From: Verrucomicrobiia bacterium
Lineage (GTDB): Bacteria > Omnitrophota > Omnitrophia > Omnitrophales > Aquincolibacteriaceae
Direction of reading: 5' to 3'
NCBI GenBank assembly: GCA_035495615.1
Contig: DATJFP010000026.1
Coordinates: 15,635 to 79,634, forward strand
Length of the DNA: 64,000 nucleotides
The position numbers were made by a program, and so were the translations under genes. This document shows, piece by piece, positions 19,890-29,067 of the stretch (positions are counted from its first letter, which is position 1; every line of letters starts with the position of its first letter). The notes under the pieces are model-generated. The model searched no databases, was not told the origin of the DNA, and saw only the letters and a list, made by a program, of their open reading frames with translations.

Positions 19890-19979
19890 TTATTTCGCAG
19901 AGCGGGCAACCTTCCGTTTGCGCTTAATGCGGGCCTTACGTCTCTGACGTTTGATCCGAACTTTGTGGTCGCGTCCCAT
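19890..19979 (-). CDS. small Arg/Lys-rich peptide (29 aa, MGRDHKVRIKRQRRKARIKRKRKVARSAK), possibly ribosome-associated
   Basis: Own translation. Strong RBS AAGGAGA 8 nt upstream of ATG. Sits between tRNA-Val and thrS on the same strand. Confidence 0.3.
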   Translation of the reverse strand: MGRDHKVRIKRQRRKARIKRKRKVARSAK

Positions 19980-20030
19980 GAATTCTCCTTTGTAACGTTA
20001 GAAACTGCTTCAGGATAGGCAAAAAAATTT

Positions 20031-20080
20031 GGGCGGTACAGGACTCGGTTCCGTCCGCTGCGCGGCCGGTAACCGCCCGC
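20031..20080 (-). pseudogene. tRNA-like remnant: acceptor stem plus degenerate T-arm of tRNA-Val fused to a short GC hairpin
   Basis: GGGCGGT...CCTGTACCGCCCA duplicates the 5' and 3' acceptor strands of the adjacent tRNA-Val. D and anticodon arms are replaced by CCGC-GCA-GCGG. Confidence 0.4.
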
Positions 20081-20149
20081 CCCAGCGACATGACCTCTGT
20101 CATGTCGCAAAACAGGGCTCCCTTCGAGGCCTGGTCTTTGGAAAAAATT

Positions 20150-20223
20150 TGGGCGGTACAGGACTCGAACCTGTGACCCCCACCATGTCAAGGTGATGCT
20201 CTAACCAACTGAGCTAACCGCCC
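20150..20223 (-). tRNA. tRNA-Val (anticodon GAC)
   Basis: Hand-folded: acceptor GGGCGGT/ACCGCCC, D-arm GCTCAGTTGGTTAGAGC, anticodon stem TCACC/GGTGG with loop TTGACAT, T-arm ACAGGTTCGAGTCCTGT. CCA not encoded. Confidence 0.8.
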
Positions 20224-20318
20224 AAAAACGGTAGGAAATAAAACCGAGGCTCTTCGGAAAGAACACCCACTATAAGCTTTACGCTTTTATTTTTCAATCA
20301 AATTTTCGGCCAAACCGT

Positions 20319-21386
20319 TCATAAGACCCGGACTTTTTTCATGGCGTCCTTGATGCGTCCAAGCCCTTCCTCGATCTGCTTCACGTCGAGCGCATAGCTC
20401 AAGCGGATGCGGTCCGGCGCACCGAACCATTCGCCAAGATACGTAATCACTTTGTACTCCTGATAAAGAATACTGAGAAACTCACGCGCGTTTTTGCATT
20501 TGGGCAGGATGTAAAAAGCGCCTTCCGGCCGCCAGAGGTCAAATCCCAGATCGCAGAAACCTTTGTAAATGAAATCGCGCCGTTCGCGCCACACCTGCTG
20601 CTGCTTGAGAATGTATTCCTTCGGCGCTTTCATCGCGGACAAGGCCATGTCCTGGCCCGTGAGGTTGGTGTTCATCGAGGTGTGCGTCTTCATCTCGCAG
20701 ACGTTTTCCACGATGGATTTGTCCGCGCTCCAAAGATAGCCGACACGCACGCCGCACATGGCATACGTTTTGGAAAACGAATTGACCGTGATGACGTGAT
20801 CGCCCTGCAGATGATAATTTTCACGTTCGTAGATGAGGTCTTTGTAGACTTCGTCCGAGACCACGTACACGCCGAGTTTCGCCGTGATTTTTTCGATCTC
20901 TTTCAGCGTCTCGATGTCTTCGACGCGCCCCGTGGGATTCGACGGCGAGTTGATCAGCACCGCGCGGCAGCCGTGGACCTTCTTTTTGAAGTCGTCGAGG
21001 TCGATGCGGCCGTCGATCAAGTCCGTGTAGACGGGCTCCATGTTCGCCAGCTCGATAATGGGCGGATAAGAATAATAGTAAGGCCGCGGCAGCAGCACTT
21101 TCCCGCCCTTCCCCCAGCCGCGGAAAATCAGGTCGAGCGCTTCGGACGCGCCGTTGGTGATCACGAAATTGTCCGCGCTCGATCCGGGATATTCTTTGCT
21201 GAGCGCCTCGCGCAGCTTCACCTCGCCCTGGATCAATCCATAGCGGAGGTCTTTGCGCGGGTCAATGTTTTCGAAGGCTTCTTTCGGCGGCGGCAGATCC
21301 GGCTGGCCGGAGCCGAAGCTGATCACGCCGTTGCCTTGCTTGCCAATGAAATCGGCCGGACTTTTTAATTTGAGTATCTGCGTCAT
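20319..21386 (-). CDS. pyridoxal phosphate-dependent aminotransferase (class I/II)
   Basis: 355 aa. SFSKTYAMCGVRVGY with PLP-lysine. NSPSNPTG motif. Confidence 0.8.
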   Translation of the reverse strand: MTQILKLKSPADFIGKQGNGVISFGSGQPDLPPPKEAFENIDPRKDLRYGLIQGEVKLREALSKEYPGSSADNFVITNGASEALDLIFRGWGKGGKVLLPRPYYYSYPPIIELANMEPVYTDLIDGRIDLDDFKKKVHGCRAVLINSPSNPTGRVEDIETLKEIEKITAKLGVYVVSDEVYKDLIYERENYHLQGDHVITVNSFSKTYAMCGVRVGYLWSADKSIVENVCEMKTHTSMNTNLTGQDMALSAMKAPKEYILKQQQVWRERRDFIYKGFCDLGFDLWRPEGAFYILPKCKNAREFLSILYQEYKVITYLGEWFGAPDRIRLSYALDVKQIEEGLGRIKDAMKKVRVL

Positions 21387-21475
21387 AAAATTCCTCGAAT
21401 AAATTAGGGCTATTGTATCGGAAAAGGAACGACAAACAAAGATCGGCTTGAGAAGGGTTCCTCTTTACAGGAAGG

Positions 21476-21835
21476 TCAGCCTAAAATCCATTTGCGCAAA
21501 AGGGCCAGAAACCCTTTACCTTGCGGCGCGGGTTCCTCGGCCGGATCTTCAGCGGCATCTTCGGGGACAAGTTCGGGGTGGGTTTGCTCGGGCATCTGGC
21601 TGCGCGCCAGGGTGGATTCCGCGAGAACGCGGTCCTCGAGACGGACGAAGACCTTGACGGTCCCCAGCAGCGGATTGATGCCTCCGATGCTGCCCATGCC
21701 GAAGAGATTTTGGACGTCCGCGTTTTTGATGTAGCAGGCAATGCCCGCTTCGTCCAAAACGGATTTGACGAGCTCCGCTCGCAGCGGGTCGCCGTCTTCG
21801 TAAATGAGATAGAATTCTTCTTTTTCTTTTTTCAT
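21476..21835 (-). CDS. DUF2007-domain protein (putative signal-transducing protein) with acidic Pro-rich tail
   Basis: Approx. 70 aa N-terminal domain pattern LDEAGIACYIKN...VFVRLEDRVLAE. Confidence 0.45.
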   Translation of the reverse strand: MKKEKEEFYLIYEDGDPLRAELVKSVLDEAGIACYIKNADVQNLFGMGSIGGINPLLGTVKVFVRLEDRVLAESTLARSQMPEQTHPELVPEDAAEDPAEEPAPQGKGFLALLRKWILG

Positions 21836-21853
21836 AGCGGGAACCGGGCCAGG

Positions 21854-22069
21854 CTACTTCTGGTGATAGTCGACGAGCCGTACGGTGGGATTCGGGAGTT
21901 CATCCCCGATGATGATGTTGTTTTCACGGGCCAGCCAGCCGAGCGCCATGTGGATGGTTTCCTTGGGCGCCTTGATGCCGGAAACGATGGCTTTGAATTT
22001 CGCCTCACCGTTGTGGCTTTCGAGGTATCTCCAGACTTCGCCGGCACAAAGGCCGATCCAGGTAATCAT
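21854..22069 (-). CDS. small winged-helix protein (DUF2582-like)
   Basis: 71 aa. ALGWLARENNI motif. Confidence 0.4.
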   Translation of the reverse strand: MITWIGLCAGEVWRYLESHNGEAKFKAIVSGIKAPKETIHMALGWLARENNIIIGDELPNPTVRLVDYHQK

Positions 22070-22127
22070 GATTTTTTTCCTCTCCCCTAAGGGTAAATCG
22101 CAAAACGGGAAAAAGCAAGAACGCGGC

Positions 22128-22739
22128 TCAGCGGCTTTTCTGCCATTCCGCGAAAAACTGCCGGACCCCCTCCAAAGCCTTGGCCCTGTGCGAAACCCGA
22201 TGCTTCATTTCCGGAGAAACCTGCCCGAATGTTTTCTGATAAGGCGGAAAATAAAAAATGGGATCGTAACCGAAACCGCCCGTGCCTGCGCGCTCGCGCG
22301 CGATGACACCGTGCACCTCACCTCGCACGGTGTTCAGCACCTTGCCGTTTTCTACGATAACGACCGCGGAAACATAGTAGGCGCTCCTGCAGTTATCGGG
22401 AAGATTGTGGAGCAGCCGGAGAAGCTTGTCGTTGTTATCCTCGTCACTTTTCCCCTCGCCTGCAAAGCGCGCGGAATAAACGCCGGGCGCGCCCTCGAGC
22501 GCGTCGCAGCACAAACCCGAATCCTCGGCGAGCGTCATGAGCCCGGACTGCGCTGCATATCCTAGCGCTTTCAGCGCCGCATTTTCCTCGAACGTGCGGC
22601 CGGTTTCCGGCACCTCCTGATAACTCGGCAGATCCTTCAGGCCGAGAAGCTGGAACGGCATGTCCTTGAGGAGCTCGCGGAGCTCTTCCAGTTTTTTCTT
22701 ATTCGTGCTCGCGACCAGGAGTTTCTGAGAGGAGTTCAT
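22128..22739 (-). CDS. rdgB: non-canonical purine NTP pyrophosphatase (dITP/XTP pyrophosphatase, RdgB/Ham1 family)
   Basis: [31 protein letters not shown] motifs. Confidence 0.85.
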   Translation of the reverse strand: MNSSQKLLVASTNKKKLEELRELLKDMPFQLLGLKDLPSYQEVPETGRTFEENAALKALGYAAQSGLMTLAEDSGLCCDALEGAPGVYSARFAGEGKSDEDNNDKLLRLLHNLPDNCRSAYYVSAVVIVENGKVLNTVRGEVHGVIARERAGTGGFGYDPIFYFPPYQKTFGQVSPEMKHRVSHRAKALEGVRQFFAEWQKSR

Positions 22740-23452
22740 TTCTTGAGTGATTTCCGCTGCGCTTCGATCAATTCGTTGATTCCCTTTTTAGCCAGAAGCA
22801 GCAGGGAGTCCATGTCTTTTTTGGAAAAAGGCTTGCCTTCGGCCGTCCCCTGCAGCTCGATGAATTCGCCGGTGCCCGTCATGACGACGTTCATGTCGAC
22901 TTCGGCCTTGGAATCTTCCTGGTAGCACAAATCAAGGACCGTGCTGCCGCCCACGATGCCCACGCTGACCGCCGCCACGGAATTCACGAAGGGATTCTCG
23001 ATCAGAAGCCCGCCCTTCATGAGCTTGCGCACCGCGTCGGAAACTGCCACATAGCTGCCCGTGATGGCCGCCGTGCGCGTGCCGCCGTCGCCCTGGATCA
23101 CGTCCGCGTCGATCCAGATTGTGCGCTCGCCGAGTTTGGTGAGGTCGATGACCGACCGCAGACTGCGGCCGATCAGACGCTGGATTTCCTGAGTGCGGCC
23201 CGACGGCTTGCCCTTCGAAGACTCGCGCGCGATGCGCTCCGTGCACGACGCAGGAAGCATGCCGTATTCCGCCGTCACCCAGCCTTTCCCCGCCCCCCGC
23301 AGAAACGGGGGCACGCCCTCCTGCACGCTGGCGGTGCAAAGAACTTTGGTGTTTCCCATTTCGATCAGGCAGGAACCCGAAGCGAATTTTAAATAATTGC
23401 GCGTGAATTTTGTTTTTCTCAGTTCATCTTTTTTACGGCCATCGATGCGCAA
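22736..23452 (-). CDS. rph: ribonuclease PH
   Basis: 238 aa. GRKKDELR...FTRNYLK...[18 protein letters not shown]. Confidence 0.9.
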   Translation of the reverse strand: MRIDGRKKDELRKTKFTRNYLKFASGSCLIEMGNTKVLCTASVQEGVPPFLRGAGKGWVTAEYGMLPASCTERIARESSKGKPSGRTQEIQRLIGRSLRSVIDLTKLGERTIWIDADVIQGDGGTRTAAITGSYVAVSDAVRKLMKGGLLIENPFVNSVAAVSVGIVGGSTVLDLCYQEDSKAEVDMNVVMTGTGEFIELQGTAEGKPFSKKDMDSLLLLAKKGINELIEAQRKSLKK

Positions 23453-23461
23453 AGGAACCTC

Positions 23462-24181
23462 CTAGCGGATGTTGAGTATTCGATGAAGGCGCGGAACGAT
23501 TCTAACGGAAGAAAGTTTGCGGGACGCCAGCGTCTGGAGCTCGCCCAGGAGCTTCATGAGATCGGCGTCCTCGTGCCCTTCGATCTCGGCCGAAATCGGC
23601 TGCAGGATGACGGGCATGGCGGGCGCGAGCCGAGCAACCAGGTTGACCTGATTTTCGAATTCGGAAATCTTGATCTCTTTCGAGAGGACGATTTTGATGA
23701 AGGTTTCTTTGCCGCTGGACAGCGCGGTTTTCAAAAATTCTTCGTGCTCGGTGTCAAAATTCTTTTCGCCGGTCACGCTGGAAGGCTTCAGGTCCATGGC
23801 GATGCAGTCGCAAAGGCCGGCCACCTGCTCGAGCGCGGGCCAGAGGATGCCGTCCGTCTCGAGGTAAACGCGAAAGCCTTCCCGCTTCAAACGTTCCATG
23901 AGCGGCCGCACAAAGCGAAGGTAGAGCAGCGGCTCCCCGCCCGTCAGGCTTACGAACGTGTGCGGGCCTTCCTCTTTTTCCAGGCGCTTCACTTCCGCCA
24001 TCACGCGCCCGATTTCCCATTCCATGGCAGGCTTTCCGAGCTCATCGCAGTAGCGGCAGTGGATGTGACATTCCTCGAAGCGGATGAAGATGTGCCGCTC
24101 CCCCACGTGGACGCCTTCGCCCTGAAGTGAGGAAAAAATTTCGGAAATGCGCGCTTTTTCAGCGGTGGGAGGAAATTGCAT
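23462..24181 (-). CDS. queE: 7-carboxy-7-deazaguanine synthase (radical SAM)
   Basis: ISEIFSSLQGEG, CHIHCRYC cluster motif. Start taken at MQFPPT. Confidence 0.8.
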   Translation of the reverse strand: MQFPPTAEKARISEIFSSLQGEGVHVGERHIFIRFEECHIHCRYCDELGKPAMEWEIGRVMAEVKRLEKEEGPHTFVSLTGGEPLLYLRFVRPLMERLKREGFRVYLETDGILWPALEQVAGLCDCIAMDLKPSSVTGEKNFDTEHEEFLKTALSSGKETFIKIVLSKEIKISEFENQVNLVARLAPAMPVILQPISAEIEGHEDADLMKLLGELQTLASRKLSSVRIVPRLHRILNIR

Positions 24182-24875
24182 AATGAGAAAGAGGATCGGG
24201 AATTCCCGCCTCTTCAAAACCTTTCTTGCGCAGGATGCACGAATCGCATTCCCCGCACGGGATGTCGCCGCCGACGTAGCACGACCAGGTGATTTCAAAC
24301 GGAACCTGCAGGGACTCGCCCAGGCGGACGATCGCCTTTTTGCTGAGCTTCACGAGCGGCGCTTCGATGCGAATATTCTTTCCGTTCACGCCCGCTTTGG
24401 TCCCGCGGCGGATAGCTTCGCAGAACGCGTTCAAAAATTCCGGACGGCAATCCGGATAGCCGCTGTAATCGATTGCGTTGGCGCCGATGAAGATGGCCTC
24501 GGCCCCGCGCGCTTCGGCCAGCGAGGCCGCAAAGGCCAGAAAAATGGAATTGCGCGCGGGCACGTACGTGGAAGGAATATCCCGCGACATGGCGGCTTCG
24601 TCGCGTCCCTGCGGAATGGGCATCTTCTTGTCGATCAAGGAGCTTCCGCCCCACGGCAGAGCGAAATTAACGGTGTGGTGCTCGAGGCCGAGCCGCGCGG
24701 CAAGGGCCTTGGCCGACTGGATTTCGCGGACATGCGACTGGCCGTAAAAAACGGTAAGCGCCGTCACTTCATAACCCTGGCGCACGGCCACGTAAAGCGC
24801 GGTCGCCGAATCCAGTCCCCCTGACAAAAGGCAGACGGCTTTCCTGGGCAAACTTGCTGAATCGGGTTTTTCCAT
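24159..24875 (-). CDS. queC: 7-cyano-7-deazaguanine synthase
   Basis: KAVCLLSGGLDS PP-loop and C-terminal CGECDSC zinc motif. Start at MEKPDS. Confidence 0.85.
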   Translation of the reverse strand: MEKPDSASLPRKAVCLLSGGLDSATALYVAVRQGYEVTALTVFYGQSHVREIQSAKALAARLGLEHHTVNFALPWGGSSLIDKKMPIPQGRDEAAMSRDIPSTYVPARNSIFLAFAASLAEARGAEAIFIGANAIDYSGYPDCRPEFLNAFCEAIRRGTKAGVNGKNIRIEAPLVKLSKKAIVRLGESLQVPFEITWSCYVGGDIPCGECDSCILRKKGFEEAGIPDPLSHYAISSHR

Positions 24876-24946
24876 GACGGCCTCCGGCACAAAAGAATGG
24901 GTTATTTTACAGGATTTTCCGCGGGGCGGCAAAGGGCTTCTTGGGG

Positions 24947-25822
24947 TCAGACGATGACGGATTCGCGCACGACTTTGAGATGCGAAAGCTTCTCGCGCAA
25001 AAAGTTTTCACCGACGCGGACGAAGTTGCGCGGCAGGTCGCTGACAAAAATCTTCAGCTTTCCCCGGATTTTCCGGGAAGCGTCCATCTCGCGGCCCGCA
25101 AGGATGCGCGAAAGATTGGCCACGCAGGGACCCGCCGAATCAATGAGCCGCACGCCGGCGCCCATGTACCGCGCGATGGAGGCTTTGAGCATGGGATAAT
25201 GGGTGCACCCGAGGATGAGCACGTCGATATCTCGCTTTTTGAGCGGCGCCAGATAATACGCCACCATTTCGCCTGCGACCTTTTCCTGCATCATCCCCTC
25301 TTCGACGATGGGCACGAAAAGCGGGCACGCAAGGCTCGTCACTTTCACGCCGGGGCTTCTTTTTTCCAGCGCGCGCTCGTAAGCGCCGCTTTCGACCGTG
25401 GCGGACGTGCCGATCACGCCGACGCGTCCGGTCCTGGTTTCATGCAGGGCGGCTTCGACCGCGGGCGAGATCACGTCGAGCACCGGCACGGGGCAGTAAC
25501 TTTTCAGGAAAGCATACGCCGCGCTGGAAGACGAATTACAGGCGATGACCAGCGCCTTGATGCCTTTGCGCAGCAGGAAATCTGAATTCTCGCGGGAAAA
25601 ACGCTTGATCTGCTCGCGCGATTTCGTGCCGTACGGCAGGCGCGCGATGTCGCCGAAATAAGTAACGGCTTCGAGCGGAAGGCGGTTGCGGAGTTCGCGG
25701 ACGATCGTCAGGCCGCCGAGCCCCGAATCGAAAACACCGATGGGATCATTGCGGGAAAAAAGATGCGTCTCGGTTTTAGGGCGCTTGACGGAAATCGCTT
25801 TGTCCTCAAGGGTGGTTTCCAC
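24947..25822 (-). CDS. murI: glutamate racemase
   Basis: IGVFDSGLGGLTIV and ACNSSS/GCTHYP catalytic cysteine motifs. Confidence 0.85.
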   Translation of the reverse strand: METTLEDKAISVKRPKTETHLFSRNDPIGVFDSGLGGLTIVRELRNRLPLEAVTYFGDIARLPYGTKSREQIKRFSRENSDFLLRKGIKALVIACNSSSSAAYAFLKSYCPVPVLDVISPAVEAALHETRTGRVGVIGTSATVESGAYERALEKRSPGVKVTSLACPLFVPIVEEGMMQEKVAGEMVAYYLAPLKKRDIDVLILGCTHYPMLKASIARYMGAGVRLIDSAGPCVANLSRILAGREMDASRKIRGKLKIFVSDLPRNFVRVGENFLREKLSHLKVVRESVIV

Positions 25823-25835
25823 GGACCTGATGGGA

Positions 25836-26099
25836 TTATTCGTCGTCTTCCTCTTCAGAATCGTCTTCGTCGTCGATGACGCAGAGAACTTCGCCTTTCG
25901 CGACCACTTCGCCTTCGTCGTAATACACCTCGACGAGGACTCCGGAGGCGGGCGCGGGAATCAGAAGGGTACCGTCTTCGGTCGAGAGTTCGACGAGATC
26001 ATCGCCTTCCTGGATCACGTCCCCTTCTTCCGAAAACCAAACCTGGACAGTGGCTTCTTCCACCCGGCTCGAAACTCCTTCCAACGCAACTTCTTTCAT
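25836..26099 (-). CDS. biotinyl/lipoyl-domain-like small acidic protein lacking the modifiable lysine
   Basis: 87 aa. Hybrid-barrel pattern ...EGDDLVELSTEDGTLLIPAPASGVLVEV... aligns with E2 lipoyl domains, but the ETDKA lysine position is Asp. Poly-acidic C-terminus. Confidence 0.45.
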   Translation of the reverse strand: MKEVALEGVSSRVEEATVQVWFSEEGDVIQEGDDLVELSTEDGTLLIPAPASGVLVEVYYDEGEVVAKGEVLCVIDDEDDSEEEDDE

Positions 26100-26126
26100 G
26101 ATGGTCCTCTCCTTTACCGCGAACAG

Positions 26127-26996
26127 TTAAAATGATTTCAGAAAAGTCTCGCCCGCGTGATAAGAACTCCGCACGTACGGCCCGGCAAACACTTCCCGGA
26201 ACCCGTAGGGCCTGATCTCCGCAGCCAGCGACTCGAACGCCTCGGGGCGTATGTATTCGACCAGCTGCAGATGATCCTTCGACGGAGGCAGGTACTGCCC
26301 GATCGTCAGAATGTCGCAGCCCGCCCTCTTTAAATCGGCCGCCGTCTCCAAGACTTCAGTCCTTGTTTCACCCAGCCCCAGCATGATGCCGCTTTTGGCC
26401 ATGACGTCCGGCCTTAAGGACTTCGCGAGCCGCAGCACTTCCAGCGAGCGTTCGTAACGCGCCTGAGGACGGATCTGGCCCTGCAGGCGGCGCACGGTCT
26501 CGATATTATGATTGAAGACATCCGGCCCGCCGGCCAGCACTTCCTGGATGAGCTCGACGCGCGCGTGAAAATCCGGTGTCAGCACTTCCACTTTGCAGCC
26601 CGGAATTCCCGCCTTCAATGCTTCAATGGTCCGGCGGAAATGGCCCGCGCCTTCGTCCTTCAGATCGTCACGCGCGACCGATGTCACGACAATATAATGA
26701 AGCCCCATTTCGCGGGCGGCTTCGGCCACTCGCTGCGGCTCATCCGATTCCACTTCGAGGCCGCGGCCGGTTTTGATCGCGCAAAACCCGCAGCTTCGCG
26801 TGCAAACATCGCCCAGGATCATAAACGTCGCGGTGCGATTCGAATAGCATTCGGCGCGATTGGGGCACACCGCGGATTCGCAGACCGTGTTCAGCCGGTT
26901 TTTGGCTAATACGTCATGTGTTTTTTCCGCCGAGCGCGCGGGAAGCGGGCGCCTTAACCATTCCGGAAGCCGTGTTCTTGAAATCTGGGTTGCCAT
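26127..26996 (-). CDS. lipA: lipoyl synthase
   Basis: CESAVCPN and CTRSCGFC cluster motifs. Confidence 0.9.
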   Translation of the reverse strand: MATQISRTRLPEWLRRPLPARSAEKTHDVLAKNRLNTVCESAVCPNRAECYSNRTATFMILGDVCTRSCGFCAIKTGRGLEVESDEPQRVAEAAREMGLHYIVVTSVARDDLKDEGAGHFRRTIEALKAGIPGCKVEVLTPDFHARVELIQEVLAGGPDVFNHNIETVRRLQGQIRPQARYERSLEVLRLAKSLRPDVMAKSGIMLGLGETRTEVLETAADLKRAGCDILTIGQYLPPSKDHLQLVEYIRPEAFESLAAEIRPYGFREVFAGPYVRSSYHAGETFLKSF

Positions 26997-27145
26997 TTAA
27001 TTATTCCGCGGAGATTGACCGCCATGGAACGGCGGTTTCCATTGTCGGGTGATATCCTAAATAAATTACAGCCGTCGAGTTACAAAAATTTAAACGCGTG
27101 TTTTTAACAAAAAGCCAGCCGGGTGTCAAGAGAAGGCCTCCGCCC

Positions 27146-27793
27146 TTAAGGCAAAAGCTCTCGGGGAATGCCAATATCGATCACGCGTATTTTTCCGGCG
27201 TGGGAAGGCCCGGCACCCGAGAGCAGGCCTTTCTTGACCGCGGCCAAAGTCCCGGTTTCGTGCGCCTTGACGGCAGTCCCCATGACCGCGCCGGTATCAC
27301 CGTGAATGCCCGAGGGAATGTCCACGGCAAGGACATGCGCGCCTGAGGCGCCGGCCCGGTTGATCAGACCGATTAATTCGGCGGGGATTCCGGCCACGGG
27401 CGCGTTTAATCCCACGCCGAAAATCGCATCGACGATCGTGCCGGTTCCCGCGAAAAGTCCGGCCTCGCCGCGGAACACCCGAACAGGAATCTTCAGGGCG
27501 CCGCAGATCTGGAAATTCACGGCCGCATCGCCTTTCAGCGCCGCGGGCGCCGCGGCCATGACGATCTCCACTTCGAGGGAGCGGTTCTTCAAATGGCGCG
27601 CGGCCACAAAGCCGTCGCCGCCGTTATTCCCCTTGCCGCAGACCACTGTGATGCGGCCGGGACGAATTTTTTCAGCGGCCATGTCCGCGATACCGCGCCC
27701 CGCGTTTTCCATGAGCAGCAGCGTGGGAATTCCGTAAATTTCAGCGGCTTTCCGGTCAGCGGCCTGCATTTCTTGAACAGAAACAGCCTTCAT
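27146..27793 (-). CDS. nnrE: NAD(P)H-hydrate epimerase (YjeF N-terminal domain)
   Basis: 215 aa. VVCGKGNNGGDGFV motif. Confidence 0.75.
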   Translation of the reverse strand: MKAVSVQEMQAADRKAAEIYGIPTLLLMENAGRGIADMAAEKIRPGRITVVCGKGNNGGDGFVAARHLKNRSLEVEIVMAAAPAALKGDAAVNFQICGALKIPVRVFRGEAGLFAGTGTIVDAIFGVGLNAPVAGIPAELIGLINRAGASGAHVLAVDIPSGIHGDTGAVMGTAVKAHETGTLAAVKKGLLSGAGPSHAGKIRVIDIGIPRELLP

Positions 27794-27969
27794 TTTTGTC
27801 CTGCGGGATGAGATTTCTACGCGATAGCGCCGTCCTTAACTCCTGTCCGAGTCGGCAAATGGAATCGCTTTTAGCGATAAAAAAAGAGCGTCCGGCCGCG
27901 AATAATAATGAGCCCGAAGCTGTTGCTATTGAATGTTTTGTTAGGTATGTTCTTTTCCAGGGGGTTTGC

Positions 27970-29067
27970 ATGGCAAGCAGCTTAAACCACGAAGGATTCC
28001 TCGAATACGCCAGCAAACGGATGATCCGGTACGCGCACAGCGAAAAATTCATGCGCTGGGTATGCCGCTACCTGATCCTCCATCTCCGCCCCACGCAGGT
28101 TTCGGTCGCGCTCTATGATGCCACGCTGCAATCCTTCTGCATCCAGGTTTCCGAAGGGCATCCGAAGGTTCCCTCGCGCCTGATCAGTCTAAACACAAAC
28201 AGCCCGCTGATCCAATGGTTTTTGAACCGCGGCGAGGCCAGCCACATCCGCCGTTCGCGCCGCGTCGTCACGTCGAGCTGCATGGCGCAAAAAGAAGGGC
28301 CGCGGGAACACGAAATTTACGAAGAGCTCGTCCGCCATCACGTCGAGGCCTGCGTCAGGATCGAGACGCGTGAGCGCCTTGCCGGCTATCTCCTCATCGG
28401 GCCGCGTGAAACCCAGCAGCCGTACAGCAAAGAGGACCTCACGTTTTTTCAGATCCTGGCCAACGACATCGGTATCGAAATCGAAAAGGAAGAATACCTT
28501 CATCATGCCCGCCACGATCCCATCACCGGACTGTATAACCGCGCCACGCTGCAGGAAACGTTGGGGGCCATTTTCGAAAAAGAACGGCACAACGACTTCG
28601 CCGCGGCCATGATCGACATCGACCATTTTAAGTCGGTCAATGACCGGTACGGCCATCTTGCCGGCGACCAGGTCATTCGCTGCGTGGCGGATTTCATCCG
28701 CTCCGGCATCCGCAAAACAGACACGGCCTTCCGCTACGGCGGCGAAGAGTTTCTGGTCTTATTCAAGAAGAACGCGAGAAATCCTGACCGCATCATCTCG
28801 GATGATGAATTTCAAAACGACATCATCCTCGCAGCCGACCGGCTTCGGCAAAAAGTGAACGCCCGCCCCGTGACGTGCCTTCAATACGAAATCCCCCTCA
28901 CCATAAGCATTGGATTGACATTTCTGACTCCCCAAACCCGCAGCACTGCGTCCCTGATTGCCGAAGCCGATCGCGCCCTTTATCAGGCCAAGAACGGCGG
29001 GAGAAACCGCGTGGTCGTATTCGCGGAAAGCGAGAGCCGGCAGCTTATTTCGAGAAGATCCCTTTGA
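27970..29067 (+). CDS. GAF-domain diguanylate cyclase (GGDEF)
   Basis: RYGGEEF motif with upstream DIDHFKSVNDRYGH. N-terminal GAF-like region. Start taken at MASSLNHEGF inside the longer ORF from 27796. Confidence 0.8.
   Translation: MASSLNHEGFLEYASKRMIRYAHSEKFMRWVCRYLILHLRPTQVSVALYDATLQSFCIQVSEGHPKVPSRLISLNTNSPLIQWFLNRGEASHIRRSRRVVTSSCMAQKEGPREHEIYEELVRHHVEACVRIETRERLAGYLLIGPRETQQPYSKEDLTFFQILANDIGIEIEKEEYLHHARHDPITGLYNRATLQETLGAIFEKERHNDFAAAMIDIDHFKSVNDRYGHLAGDQVIRCVADFIRSGIRKTDTAFRYGGEEFLVLFKKNARNPDRIISDDEFQNDIILAADRLRQKVNARPVTCLQYEIPLTISIGLTFLTPQTRSTASLIAEADRALYQAKNGGRNRVVVFAESESRQLISRRSL

Noticed and set aside
20085-20107. Perfect 9-bp palindrome CGACATGAC-CTCT-GTCATGTCG as an intrinsic terminator.
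   Set aside because: No U-tract follows on either strand. Kept only as part of the tRNA/att-like locus description.
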